Below are positions 11,860 to 24,400 of a DNA stretch of 64,000 bases, one piece after another. The notes under the pieces are model-generated. The model saw only the letters and a list, made by a program, of their open reading frames with translations. It made no database searches and was not told the origin of the DNA. The stretch is from Mustelus asterias (taxonomy: Eukaryota). The position numbers were made by a program, and so were the translations under genes. Within the stretch, counting starts at the first letter, position 1. Each line of letters starts with the position of its first letter. The stretch spans positions 108,500,001 to 108,564,000 of the forward strand of contig NC_135808.1 in NCBI RefSeq assembly GCF_964213995.1, in the 5' to 3' direction.

Positions 11860-12265
11860 GCACTAACACTCCTTTCTCTGAGTCAGACAGTCATGGGCTC
11901 CAAGCCCTATCTGCAATGACTTAAAAACATAATCCAGGCTGATACTCAACTGCGGTACTGTGGCAGTGCTGCACTGTCCTGGTGCTGTCTTTGTATCACA
12001 ATGTTAAACCAAGGCCTTGTCAAGCTCTTGGGTGGACCTAACAGATCCCAGTAATCAAAGAAGAACCAGGGAGTACTCACTGTGTCCTCAATAACATTAA
12101 CTGCTCAGCATAATAAAGAAAAGACTATCTGGTCATTTGTTCCATTGCTACAACTGTCGGGTGGAAATTAAACATCTCTCTATTAAAACAGGAACGACAT
12201 TTCCAAGGAATTTTGTTAGCAATGATCTTCTGAGGTCATGAAAGTCATTTTATGAATGTGAAGCC
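11860..12265 (+). mobile_element. DeuSINE (SacSINE1-like) remnant
   Basis: ggcagtgctgcactgtc..gtctt..gttaaaccaaggcc..ggtggacctaacagatccca..gaagaaccagggagt resembles the Deu domain. Confidence 0.7.
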
Positions 12266-12777
12266 TTTCCTTCCTCTTTAAGACAACATGAAGAGCTCTG
12301 AGGTCAGGCACTATATTCTGTAGAAATAGAATAAAGCTCTATTTAATCTGCCACAGCAATATTCTTTAACTCTAATTTACACCTTCATTGCAGCTGTGTG
12401 ACACTGTTGTTATCTGTGAACTTGTTTGAAATACTTCTGCTGATGTTACTCGTGCCAAAGAAACTGGGATCTTTGCTTAGAGAAATTACTGAACCAGGAA
12501 GCGTCGCGGGACTGACAGACATTAGGAAGGGTATGGCCACATACATGTAGAGTATTTCCACCTTCAACTAACTCTTAAAGCTCTGTATTTGTTCAATTAT
12601 CTAGCATCCGGCTGCGAATTAAGTTCCAACACATCAAATCCTCAGCAACATGTGTTCATTATTTCAGAATAAAAATGCCAGTTAATTCCTCTGTACTCAG
12701 TTTATTTCGAAGTAAACTTGATCGGTGTGATCCAGAGTTGGAGAGATAATGGGCAATGAGTGGGGGAATGGGACTAA

Positions 12778-12960
12778 GTGGATTCTCCACTGTGTATTTT
12801 CCATTGGTGGAGTTGGTTCACCATTAATTGTCAGCGGGATCCTCCAGTCCCACCGAAGTCAATGGCTATTTGTATTGCTCGCCAGTGTGCCACCGGGGAA
12901 CATGCCGTGGGGGTGGGGGGTTAATCTTGGCGGGACCAGAAGGGCTGGAAAATCTCACCC
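12778..12960. mobile_element. Short Harbinger-like MITE
   Basis: Ends gtggattctcca / ggaaaatctcaccc resemble the terminal inverted repeats (TIRs) of the other MITEs. Confidence 0.5.
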
Positions 12961-13052
12961 AATAGGTGAAAGGGCCTACTTCTGTGCTGTACCATTCTGT
13001 GATTCCATGTTGAGCCTGTTCAAATTGATGCCAGATGCAGCACCAAAAATAC

Positions 13053-13415
13053 TGGGGAGGCGATGGCCTAGTGGCATTATCGCGAGATTGTTAATCCAGA
13101 AACTCAGCTAACGTTCTATGGACCTGGGTTAGAATCCCGCCACGGCAGTTGGTAGAATTTGAATTCACTAAAACATATCTGGAATTAAGAATCTGCTGAC
13201 GACCATGAAACCATTGTCAATTGCCGGAAAATCCCATCTGGTTCACTAATGTCCTTTAGGGAAGGAAATCTGCCATCCTTACCTGTCTGGCCTACATGTG
13301 ACTCCACAGCCAAAGCAATGTGGTTGATTTGCAACTGCCCTCTAAGGGCAACTAGTAATGGGCAATAAATGCTGGCCAGCCAGCGATGCCCATGTCCCAT
13401 GAATGAATAAAAAAA
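13053..13415 (+). mobile_element. SINE family B, full length
   Basis: ggggaggcgatggcctagtgg (A box), gggttagaatcccgcc (B box), tail cccatgaatgaataaaaaa. Confidence 0.9.
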
Positions 13416-14284
13416 TACACAAAACAAGAGGTATCACAGCTACACTGCAAGAGCTTGCACTGATCCAAATATGTCCAGACACAACATTCCATGTGAATAT
13501 TCACAGTCTGCTTGTCCTGCCTGCAAAATTCCCTGAATTCTACAATCATGATGCCTGCATGTCAAAGTTTAAATGGAGTTTAAAATGAACAAATTCTTGC
13601 TGAAATAAAAGCCTGCTTTAGGCAGAGGGAAATTTGCATCTCCCAATTGGTAAACCAGTATATTACTCCAATGGTTGGGCAATTAAATTCCTACAGCCCT
13701 GATTTTAAAAGAACTGGCTTGATGGATACGGACTGTGTGAGTGATTATAAACAGGAAAATTGACTTACCGTTTCTGCCAGAAACCTGCTGACCTCCGTCT
13801 TGACTCTGCAGCCGGCTAAGGTCAGAAACACATCCACATAAATAGAAAACTGATAGCACAATAGGTCCGCAACATCTTTTTAATGATATGGTGCCGGCCA
13901 TCAGGCAACCCAAGCAGCATCTCTGCACAAATGGACTAGTTTGATTGGAAGTTACACGTAAAGGGGAACATACCTCCAGGCGTCATGAGGATCCTTCTGT
14001 CCACCATTGTGAAAACACCACTGCATTTCCAGTCAGGTTCTGACCTTTCACTTTACTTCCTTCTAATTTCCTTGCCACTCCATTACCCACCCGGACTAGT
14101 TATCATGGGCACTATTTCTACTTCATTCCTGTGAACGGATGAACAGTGAGAGGAAGTGGAGCAACAGCCTGAAGAACATGGACTTACAGCAACCCGGCCT
14201 GTTCAAAGACAGCAGCTGAGAGATTGGGGGGAGGGGGTGGAAGTGGTGAGGGCTGCATCAAAAGCCTTGCCTGGCTCATGGAGT

Positions 14285-14712
14285 TTCTAGGTCAGGGCTT
14301 ACTTCAGAAGACATTTATGAGGAGCAGTGCAGAAGAAGTTGCTTCTCACCATGGGCTGTTGCTGACCTATGCAGCCTGTTGCAGCAGGGCCTGCTGAACG
14401 AGGGCCATGTTTTGCCATTCAAAACCAACAAAATCCGTAACTTTTTTATCACAGGCCCCTTGCCGGCCTTGACAGGGAACATTGCCCAGATCCGAGTCAG
14501 CAGTGCACAACTGCATCAAACATGTCACCGGTGCACTCCTTGTCTGAGAATCCAGTAAAATATCTTTGTGATGGACCAATGAGAAAATGCTAGGATTTGT
14601 GTCACCAATCCCATCACCTTGTATCCAAGGAATTCATTATAGATCATACTCATGACTATCAGGGGATATGAAGACAATCTAACAGTTTATGCAAATAGGA
14701 AGGTCTTCCACG
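14285..14712 (+). pseudogene. Harbinger (HARBI1-like) DDE transposase remnant
   Basis: Frameshifted peptides DLCSLLQQGLLNEGHVLP, NFFITG, ESAVHNCIKHVTGALL, PCIQG/IDHTH, VYANRKVFH match Harbinger motifs (IDGTH, NRKGFH). Confidence 0.75.
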
Positions 14713-15094
14713 CCAGTCCCACTATAAAGTATAATGGTCCCCCACACAGTCTTAGTCTTCTTCCAGTTGATGTGTCCTGTCTATTCTGCTGAGAGAGGGA
14801 GAATGAAAGTTAGTCTCTGTCTTGTACATAGGAGTTTGCAGATAAAAGGGGCTTCAGCTTGTTGTCCACATGCTGAGAGTGAGAAGAAGCAATCAGGTCG
14901 GAATGGGGTTGAATTGAAGGAAGCTGTGTGGAATGAGGATGGGCAAAGTGAGCACAGAGATGGCACGTTTGTACTGAGAGTGAGAAGTTATGTGGCCTGC
15001 TGATAGGTCCCAAAGGATACAATCAAAGGGAAGGAATGGAGAGGAAATCTTAGAGAATGGTACGAGGAGATGGAAAGATAGTTGCTGTCTGTTG

Positions 15095-15680
15095 TGCTTT
15101 TCAGAGAGCTGACCACCCTTGCTACACTGCTCAAGCCATTAAATTGTTTTCTGCTCTGCACTGAATGCATGTCCTGTGCATAACCCCCCTGGAGCTCACA
15201 ATGTCAACAATCTCTATCCATGCCTGCTGGATTTGGTTATTGGAGATCCTTCTGATAATGATACAGTCAGCATGGTGGCATAGCGGTTAGCACTGCTGCC
15301 TCACAGCGCCAGGGACCCGGGTTCGATTCCGGCCTTGGGTCACTGTCTGTGTGGAGTTTGCACGTTCTCCCCATATCTGTGTGGGTTTCCTCCGGGTGCT
15401 CTGATTTCCTCCCACACTCCAAAGGTGTGCAGGTTAGGCTGATTGGCCATGCTAAATTGCCCCTTATTTTAGGGGGATTAGCAGGGTAAATAAATGGGGT
15501 TAAGGGGATAGGGCCTGGTTGGATTGTGGCTGGTGCAGACTTGATGGGCCAAAAGGCCCCCTTCTGCACTGTAGGGATTCTAGAATTCTATTCTATGATT
15601 CTTGACTGGGAAGAGAACTTCCTCCTGGCTCTGAATTTTCCAGCAATAGGTCTAGGAAGGTTTCAGTGATCCTGGGATCT
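15095..15680 (-). pseudogene. Harbinger Myb/SANT DNA-binding protein remnant, split by a V-SINE
   Basis: PRITETFLDLLLE/RAR.EVLFP...QQAWIEIVDIVSSRG/RTCIQCR/RKQFNGL, similar to NAIF1/MSANTD domains. Confidence 0.7.
15266..15602 (+). mobile_element. HE1-like V-SINE
   Basis: Matches the family; tail gtagggattctagaattctattctatgatt. Confidence 0.9.
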
Positions 15681-17099
15681 TGTCTGTGACTTATGCTGAC
15701 TCAGTTTCTTCTCCAATATGCCAGCAGAGATGCCTTGTAGAAGGGAAAGCAACCTTCCTTGGAGAGGTGCATTGCCACTATAAATAGGCCTCCAACTGAC
15801 GCACTAGAAACTGCACTTGGAACATGATTTCCTGGTGGGTCAGGAAGTCAGGTTGGAAACTCACCGATGGAATAACAATGAGTTACAATAGGTTGGGTCT
15901 GTGCTTGGTTGCAATGAGTCAATTTTGAATCAAGACCAAAACGCACTTACCGAAAACTGGCCTGAAGTTAAAAGTGCAGCCCATGACACACTCAGCCTTT
16001 GTTATACTTGTAACTGAATCTTTGAACAAAGGAGGCGAGTGGAATGTCAAAGCTTCCACACATTAATGGTGAACAGGCTGGAGCTGATGTAAAGGGTTAA
16101 TACGCACAACTGTATTTTCCATCAACCAAGTGGAATTCAGTCCCTCCACACGAGTTGAAACCAGTGGAAGTATTAAAGTTGTAAAGCCTGTTGGAAAGTC
16201 CCTGCAAATTATTACTGTCTGATTCTCAAAGTTAATATTTTCACCAGCTTTGAGCTTTAGATTTTTGGGGAATTTCCATTTTAGACCACAACATAATAGT
16301 CTAGCATGCACAGAAGAGACAGCAATGGGACCAGAGACTTCACAAGCTCTTTCAATCTTCATAGGTTTCAAAAAATGTTACTTTGGCAACTTACAGTAAA
16401 GTGATTTATTTTCTATCATGTCATGCCTTGCTGAGGTACAAATCATCTATCGCAGTGGACATCACTTATCTAACATCCAAATTGATAACTAACTTCAGCC
16501 CCACCCTGCTTAATCCACTGTCAATCTTTTTAAAACTTCCCTTTCTTTTGCAATTATTTCCATCTCCTTTTTCCCTCATTCCCTACTACCCAAAGCTTTT
16601 TTTTTCATCCTACCTGCATCTGGGCCTCTTGTCTGACTTCATCTACAATCAAGATGACAGGCAATTGGAAACCTATGGAATTTGTCACGGCTGCCCTTGA
16701 GATCTTTGTTCTGTTTTGTGACATTACGTTGACCATTTTTCATTAATTTTCTCAGTTATGATCAATGGGTACAGCCTACTTTGAAAAGTCTGCCATTTTA
16801 ACAGTTCTTAACACCCTTTTAATAGTTGCAGCAAGTTTGCTGGAGATATAACATATTCTTTCCATTTTAAATTTTATAGTAATAAAGCTTTTTTAAATAA
16901 AAATATAGCATCACTTGCAAAGCTGTCGTTACCGTGCATATACCAACCTGAAAAAAACCTAGCAAATGTTCAACAATGGATTTAACTGTCACTTTTCCCA
17001 TAGAGCAAACAGTTCAATAGTTTCAAATACATCAAAGTGCAAGAAAATGCTGAGGTGCAAATCACCTAATATCCCAATATCAATTCACCGTAACACATG

Positions 17100-17460
17100 T
17101 TTTTTTAAAATTCATTTACTGGATGTAGGTGTCACTGGCTGGGCCAGCATTTATTGCCCTTCCTAACCATCCTCCATTTCAAAAGACATTTGAGAGTCAA
17201 CCGCACTGTTGTGGATCTGGAGTCACATGTCGACCAGACGAGGTAAGGCAGATTTCCTTCCCTAAAGGACATTAGTGAACCAGGTGGGTTTTTATAATAA
17301 TTGACAATAGTTTCATGGTCATCAGTATATTCTTAATTCCAGATTTCACTGAATTTAAATTTCACCATCTGCCATGGTGGGATTTGAACCTGGGTCCCCA
17401 GTTCTTGCCCAGGCTCTCTAAATTACCAGTCTAGTGACAATACCACTACACCACACCCTT
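17100..17460 (-). mobile_element. SINE family B
   Basis: Matches family B. Confidence 0.85.
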
Positions 17461-17775
17461 CCCTATGTATTCCAGTATCATCTGAAGTGAGGAGGCTGTG
17501 CCACAGACACAGACCTGAGAACTGTTGGTTCATGCTAAATATATCATGAATGACCAAACAATCACCAGGTAGCCCATGTCTGTTGCCTTCTCAAGGGGAT
17601 AAAGAAAGGAAAGCTTTGGCTGGCTGTCTAACAACGTACAGAGTGATTATATAAGAAAAGAAAGATTAGTATTTATGCACTGCTTTTCACAACCTCAAGA
17701 CACCTCAAAGTGCTTTACACTTTGACTTCTGAAATCTAATCACTAATAAAAGCAAAGTACTGCAGACGCTGGAAA

Positions 17776-18102
17776 GGGCGGCACAGTGGTTAGCACTGCT
17801 GCCTCACAGCTCCAGGGATCCAGTTCAATTCCAGCCTCGGGTCACTGTCACTGTCTGTGTGGAGTTTGCACGTTCTCCCTGTGACTGCGTGGATTTCCTC
17901 CAGGTGCTCCAGTTTCCTCCCACAGTCCAAAGGTATGCGGTTTAGGTTGATTTGTCATGCTAAATTGTCCCTTGGTGTCCAAAAATATGTAGGTTAGGGG
18001 AGATTAATGGGTTACAAGGGATATAGGTCCTGGATGGGATTGCTGTCAGTGCAGGCTCAATGGGCCAATGGCCTCTATCTGTACTGTAGGGATTCTATGA
18101 TC
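17776..18102 (+). mobile_element. HE1-like V-SINE
   Basis: Matches the family. Confidence 0.88.
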
Positions 18103-18106
18103 ATTA

Positions 18107-18511
18107 TGCGGGATCTTATGGTCCTGTGGATGTATTCAACGGGAAACCTTGTTGACAACAACAGAACTGTAAAATCCCACCGCCAGCAAGCAGCGCCCCG
18201 ACTATTGCTGCCATGAAACACGACACTGAGGGGGAGGCAAATCCCACCCACTGTTTCACTGTTCCAAATCACTCGTATAAGAGTATTAATGCCAGCATGT
18301 TAAAAACACGAGTTATTACTGAACTTTCCCCATGTTGAAAACCTTTCTAAAAAGTCATTCGCCGGAATTGTACTGCCCCGCCCATCACGGGAATTGGAGT
18401 GGGCGAGGAGTGGACAAATTATCAAAGGGACATTCATTCTCCACAATCACTGAACAGTGGGAGGGTGGGACTTTCCGGTTCCGGGTCAAACAAGGCCATA
18501 AAATCCCACCC
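18107..18511. mobile_element. Two short Harbinger-like MITEs (~18107-18249 and ~18360-18511)
   Basis: Ends of the type gccggaattgtac / aaaatcccaccc; internal cccgcccatcacgggaatt shared with 49539 and 62555. Confidence 0.5.
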
Positions 18512-18598
18512 ATTCAGTCCATCTATCCCTGGACTACTTCTGGTCTATGTCCAGTTGTCACCAGGCATTTCTTCAATCATACCTGTCTATCATTACCC

Positions 18599-20907
18599 AG
18601 ATTTGGTACTGGGTAATGAACCAGGCCAGGTGTTAGATTTGGAGGTAGGTGAGCACTTTGGTGACAGTGACCACAATTCGATTACGTTTACTTTAGCAAT
18701 GGAAAAGGATAGGTATATACCAAAGGGCAACAGTTATAGCTGGGGGAAAGGAAATTATGATGCGATTAGGCGAGATTTAGCTGGCATAGGTTGGGGAAGG
18801 AAACTGCAGGGATTGGGCACAATTGTAATGTGGAACTTGTTCAAGGAACAGCTACTACGCGTCCTTGATAAATATGTACCTGTCAGGCAGGGAGGAAGCA
18901 GACGTGTGAGGGAACCGTGGTTTACGAAGGAGGTTGAATCTCTTGTGAAGAGGAAGAAGGAGACTTATGTTAAGATGAGACGTGAAGGCTCAGTTAGGGC
19001 ACTTGAGAGTTACAAGTTAGCCAGGAAGGACCCAAAGAAAGAGTTAAGAAGAGCCAGGAGGGGACATGAGAAGTCTTTGGCGGGTAGGATCAAGGAAAAC
19101 CCTAAAGCTTTCTATAGGTATGTCAGGAGTAAAAGAATGACTAGGGTAAGATTAGGGCCAGTCAAGGACAGGAGTGGGAAGTTGTGCGTGGAGTCTGAAG
19201 AGATAGGAGAGGCACTAAATGAATATTTTTCATCGGTATTCACACTGGAGAGGGACAGTGTTGTTGAGGGGAGTACTGAGATGCAGGCTGTTGGACTGGA
19301 TGGGATTGATGTTCATAAGGAGGAGGTGTTAGCAATTCTGGAAAGGGTAAAAATAGATAAGTCCCCTGGGCCGGATGGGATTTATCCTAGGATTCTCTGA
19401 GAGGCTAGAGCGGAGATTGCAGAGCCTTTGGCTTTGATCTTTGTGTCGTCATTGTCTACAGGAGCGGTGCCAGAAGACTGGAGGATAGCAAATGTTGTCC
19501 CCTTGTTCAAGAAGGGGAGTAGGGACAACCCTGGTAATTATAGACCGGTGAGCCTTACTTCTGTTGTGGGCAAAGTATTGGAAAGGATTATAAGAGATAG
19601 GATTTATAATCACCTAGAAAGGAATAATTTGATTAGGGATAGTCAGCACGGTTTTGTGAAGGGTAGGTCGTGCCTCACAAACCTTATTGAGTTCTTTGAG
19701 AAGGTGACCAAAGAGGTGGATGAGGGTAAAGCGGTTGATGTGGTGTATATGGATTTCAGCAAAGTGTTTGATAAGGTTCCCCATGGTAAGCTTTTGCAGA
19801 AAATACGGACACATGGGATTGAGGGTGATTTAGTGGTTTGGATCAGGAATTGGCTAGCTGTAAGAAAACAAAGGGTGGTGGTTGATGGGAAATATTCATC
19901 CTGGAGTTCAGTTACTAGTGGTGTACCGCAAGGATCTGTTTTGGGGCCACTGCTGTTTGTCATTTTTATTAATGACTTGGATGAGCGCGTGGAAGGATGG
20001 ATTAGTAAATTTGCGGATGACACTAAAGTCGGTGGAGTTGTAGACAGTGCGGAGGGAAGTGGCAGGTTACAGAGGGACATAGATAAGCTGCAGAGCTGGG
20101 CTGAGAGGTGGCAAATGGAGTTTAATGCGGAAAACTGTGAGGTGATTCACTTTGGAAGGAGTAACAGGAATACAGAGTACTGGGCTAATGGTAAGATACT
20201 TGGTAGTGTGGATGAACAGAGGGATCTGGGTGTCCATGTGCATAGATCCCTGAAAGTTGGCACCCAGGTTGATAGGGTTGTTAAGAAGGCGTACGGTGTG
20301 TTAGCTTTTATTGGGAGAGGGATTGAGTTTCGGAGCCAGGAGGCCATGCTACAACTGTACAAAACTCTGGTGCGGCCGCATTTGGAGTATTGCGTACAGC
20401 TCTGGTCGCCATATTATAGGAAAGATGTAGAAGTGTTGGAAAGGGTGCAGAGGAGATTTACCAGGATGTTGCCTGGTATGGTGGGAAAATCGTATGAGGA
20501 AAGGCTGAGGGGCTTGAGGTTGTTTTCGTTAGAGAGAAGAAGGTTAAGAGGTGACTTAATAGAGGCATACAAGATGATCAGAGGATTAGATAGGGTGGAT
20601 AGTGAGAGCCTTTTTCCTCAGATGGTGTTGGCTAGCACGAGGGGACATAGCTTTAAATTGAGGGGTGAGAGATATAGTACAGATGTTAGAGGTAGGTTCT
20701 TTACTCAGAGAGTAGTAAGGGTGTGGAATGCCCTGCCTGCAGCAGTGGTGGACTCGTCAACATTGAGAGCGTTCAAGTGGTTATTGGATAAACATATGGA
20801 TGATATTGGAATAGTGTAGATTAGAGGGGCTTTAGATTGGTACCACTGGTCAGCGCAACATCAAGGGCCGAAGGGCCTGTACTGCGCTGTAATGTTCTAT
20901 GTTCTAT
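18599..20907 (+). mobile_element. CR1 LINE (HER1-like), 5'-truncated and young
   Basis: Endonuclease end DLVLGNE...SDHNS, RT with PQGSVLGP and FADD, C-terminal WNALP; short 3'UTR ending (tgttcta)n; a single stop (TGA at a conserved Trp, 19398-19400) separates the two listed ORFs. Confidence 0.95.
19428..20819 (+). pseudogene. CR1 ORF2 reverse transcriptase region
   Basis: NYRPVSLTS, QHGF, VYMDFSK.FDKVPH, GVPQGSVLGP, FADD motifs. Confidence 0.9.
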
Positions 20908-21046
20908 CTAGAAAACAATCCGACCAACAAATTCAAATGAGCTGACAAAACCTCAAAGAGCTGACAACTCAAGAGCAAATCATTGTATAAGCAAAGCAGA
21001 GGGGAAAAAAGGACATAAAACACTGATAAACAAAGCATCTTACTTT

Positions 21047-21390
21047 GTGTCCTTGTACAAGGCCTCGGTTAAGCCTCAGTTAGAATACTATGCTAAGTTT
21101 TGGTCTCCTCACACGTTGAGAGCTCTTGAGACTTTGAAAAAGGTTCTGCGGAGGGCTGCAAATTTAATTCTCGGGCAAGATTTTCCCACCCCTCCTGCCG
21201 CTGGGATTGTCTGTCCAGCCAAAAGTCAATGGATTTTCAGATGGCCTACCCAATCTCCTGTTTGGATCCCACCACGACGGGTCTGGGAAATCCAGGCCTG
21301 GATTCTTGCTTCAAGCATTAGAGAAGTGAAGGTTTAGGCCTGATTTGATTGATGCTGATAAGATAATGAAGGGATTAGACAAAGGGGCAG
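21047..21390 (+). mobile_element. Old CR1 fragment with an inserted MITE (~21173-21298)
   Basis: LYKASVKPQLEY..FWSP; MITE ends gggcaagattttccc / gggaaatccaggcc. Confidence 0.6.
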
Positions 21391-21519
21391 GAATTTGGGC
21401 ATACCCTTTTTTGGGTCTATGTGGTCGCACAAAGTACATTCATTACTGATTAAAAATCTATCTCAATCTTGAACATACTTAACGATCCAGCCTCTACAGT
21501 CCTCTGTGGTAAGATGCTT

Positions 21520-23950
21520 GCACCAAAGCTGTGATGAGATTGGAGCCAAGCAGAACGCAAACTGATGGTCTTTGATGAGTTATTGAGTACGTGCTGCTTC
21601 ACAGTACAGTCCTTGACACCTTCCATCACTTTTCTGATCATTGAGAATAGGCCGATAGGGCAGTAATTGAGCAGATTGGATTTGTCCTGCTTTTTGTGGA
21701 CAGGGCATACCTCATTTTCCACATTGTCAGGTAAATGTACTGGAACAGCTTGGCTAAGGGTACAGCTAGTTCTGGAGCACAAATCTTCAGTACTGGAGCT
21801 GGGATGTTTTCAGGATCCTTAAGCCTTTGCAGTACCCGGTGCCTTTAGCTATTTCTTATATCATGTGGAGTGAATCAAAATGGCTGAAGACTAGGGTGTG
21901 TGATACTGAGTCCACAAGAGGAGGCCGAGTTGGATCATCCACTCAGAACTTCTAGCTGGAGGTAGTTGCAAATGCCTTATCTTTTGCACTGATGTGCTGG
22001 GTTCTCCCATCATGGAGGATGGAAATATTTGTGGAGCCTCCTCTACCAGTCATTTGTTTAATTGCCCACTACCCTTCACACTGGATATGGCAGGACTGCA
22101 CAGCTCTAACCTTATCCATTGATTGCAGGAACATTTAGCTCTGTCTATATTAGGGTTTACCAAATTGTAGGTCGTGACCCCAGTGGGGTTTTAAGACAAA
22201 ATGTTGGGGTCCCGAGCTTCAAAGCAGCAGTGGCTCACTGACCGAGTGTTAACAGCTGCGAGGCCCCTTTAAATCCTCATGTTCTTTGAATGATGAGTTC
22301 TGTTCCAAAATAGGTCAGTGGAAAGGTAGGTGCATTTATTTAAAATCCCTGGAGTTTAAACAGCCCCCCTGCTCTCACAGCCTTCCACCGTACTCTAACA
22401 ACCACTAATGCACCCCTCCCCCCCGCACACCCCCACTGCTTACACACTTGTCTCCCCCCACCCCACTCTCACAGCTTTATCCCTCCCCCATACCTGGCTC
22501 AGACTCTGAGGTCACAGGAATTTTCAAACTTCAAGATGGCATCACAGTGGGAAAATATTGAGCAAAGGCTGGTCCCCATATCATGCTGCTTCCATTGTCC
22601 ATCATGCATCGATGTCCACGTTGTAACATCACAAAGTTGGCACTTCTTTTTTAGGTATGCCTGGTACTGCTCATGATACATTCTCCTACCTTCCTTGTTA
22701 AACTAGCATTGGTCCCCTGGCTTGCCAGCAATGGCAGAGTCAGGGATATGCTAGGCCAAAATTACAGATTGCAGTCGAATACAAATCTGCTGATGGCCCA
22801 CAGTGTCTCATGATTGCCTGGGTTTAAGCTGCCAGATTTGTTCTGAATCAATCCCACTTAGCACGCTGGTTGTGCCAAACAACATCCCTCAGTATGAAGA
22901 CAGGAAGTGGTTTCCACAACAGCAATGCAGTGCTCATTTCTATTAATACATGGACAGATGTATCTGCAAAAGCTGGGTTGGTGAAGATGAGGTCAAGTAT
23001 GCCTCTTCCTCTTCTTGGTCTCTTTCCACCTGCCACAGGAAAGCGTGGCAGCTGTGCCCTTCCGGGCTCAGCCAACTCGATCAGCAGTGGTACTATTGCG
23101 TCACTCTTCGTGGTGGACATTGAATTCCCCCACCCAAATTACATTTTGAGCCCTTGCCACCCTCAGTGCTTTTTCCAAGTGATGTTCAGCACAGAGGAGT
23201 ACCAACTCATCAGCTGAGATTAGGTAGTGTGTAGTAATCAGCAGGATGTTTCCTTGTCCACTTTTGATCAGATATCATTAAACTTCATGGGATCCAGTCA
23301 ATGTTGAGGGCGACATAATGGCACAGTGGTTAACACTGCTGCCTCACAGCTCCAGGGACCCGGGTTCAATTCTGGCCTTGGGTCACTGTCTGTGTGGAGT
23401 TTGCAAATTCTCTTTGTGTCTGTGTGAATTTCCTCCGGGTGTTCCAGTTTCCTCCCACAGTCCAAAGATGTGCAGGTTAGGTGGATTGGTCATGTTAAAT
23501 GGGCCCTTGGCGCAAGGTGTCTAGGTTAGATGGATTAGCCATGGTAAATGTGTGGGGTTAAGGGGATAGGGCAGGGAAGAGGGACTGGGTAAGAGAATTG
23601 GTGCAGACTCGATGAGCTGAATGGTTTCTTCTGCACTGTAGGATTCTATGATTCGATGACTCCCAAGGCCACTTCCACCCAAACCACTGTGGTGCCATCT
23701 CTGGTGATGGATAATTTTGGGACATTGTACATAAGGTTTGATTCAGTGAGCATGGCAATGTCAGACTCTTGCTGGGCTAGTCTTTGGGCCAGCTCTCCCA
23801 ATTTTGGTGCTAATCCCCAAATGTTAGTGAGGAGGACTTTTCAGGGACAATGTATGGCTTTGTAGTTTCTGGTGTCTAGATTAATGCTATGTGGTATATC
23901 TGGTTTTATTTGTTCTTGACTTTTCTGTAACAGTTTGATTCAACTGCATG
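21520..23950 (-). mobile_element. Degraded CR1-clade LINE (distinct family) with nested insertions
   Basis: PVHKKQDKSN..NYCPI.L.S.I.KVMEG (RT start) and P.RG.GILDLIFTN (endonuclease) on the minus strand. Confidence 0.75.
23308..23656 (+). mobile_element. HE1-like V-SINE
   Basis: Matches the family. Confidence 0.88.
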
Positions 23951-24252
23951 TTTTGCTAAATTTTTTCAAGGGCAGTTGAGAGTCAAGCACATTGCTGTGG
24001 TTCTGGAGTGCCTATAGACTAGACCAGGTAAGGATGGTAGATTTGTGGACATTTCCCAGCCCTGCCAACTAGACCTGGGGCCTGGAAGTTTGGATTTTCA
24101 TTCCGGAGGTGGGGCTGGATTAGAAGTGGGCCTGCTGGCCCTGGAATGAAGGTCTGCCTCTGTGCTCCAGGACTTTGTTGAAATTGTTTAAAAAATTATT
24201 AAAACAAAAATAGAGTTAAATCCCTCAATAACATTGATAGATCCAATTCGTA

Positions 24253-24400
24253 TTGACAGTTCAAATTAGTTTTGAAAATTCCAATGAGTTTTGACAGTTT
24301 TCTGACAGTTCTTTGACAGCTTGACAGTTCTTGGCAACTTGATAGTTCTTTGATAGTTTTAATAACTCTTTGACAGTTCTTTTACAGCTTAAGAGTTCCA
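24253..24400. repeat. Degenerate ~9-12 bp tandem repeat (ttgacagttct)
   Basis: Repeated tgacagtt/tgatagtt units. Confidence 0.7.

Larger units (their letters stand above)
13696..15982. mobile_element. Decayed, internally deleted PIF/Harbinger DNA transposon
   Basis: Contains transposase (+) and Myb/SANT (-) remnants; putative TIRs gccctgattttaa / ttaaaagtgcagccc; boundaries approximate. Confidence 0.6.

Noticed and set aside
13760-13930. Strong minus-strand splice donor (gtaagt) with an upstream open frame
   Set aside because: It lies within the inferred Harbinger left arm, and no clear acceptor or recognisable peptide was found
16063-16371. 102-aa minus-strand ORF in non-repeat DNA
   Set aside because: No recognisable domain or consistent exon boundaries
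18399-18598. N-terminal extension of the 333-aa CR1 ORF
   Set aside because: Chance read-in from flanking MITE and unique DNA; CR1 homology begins at about 18599
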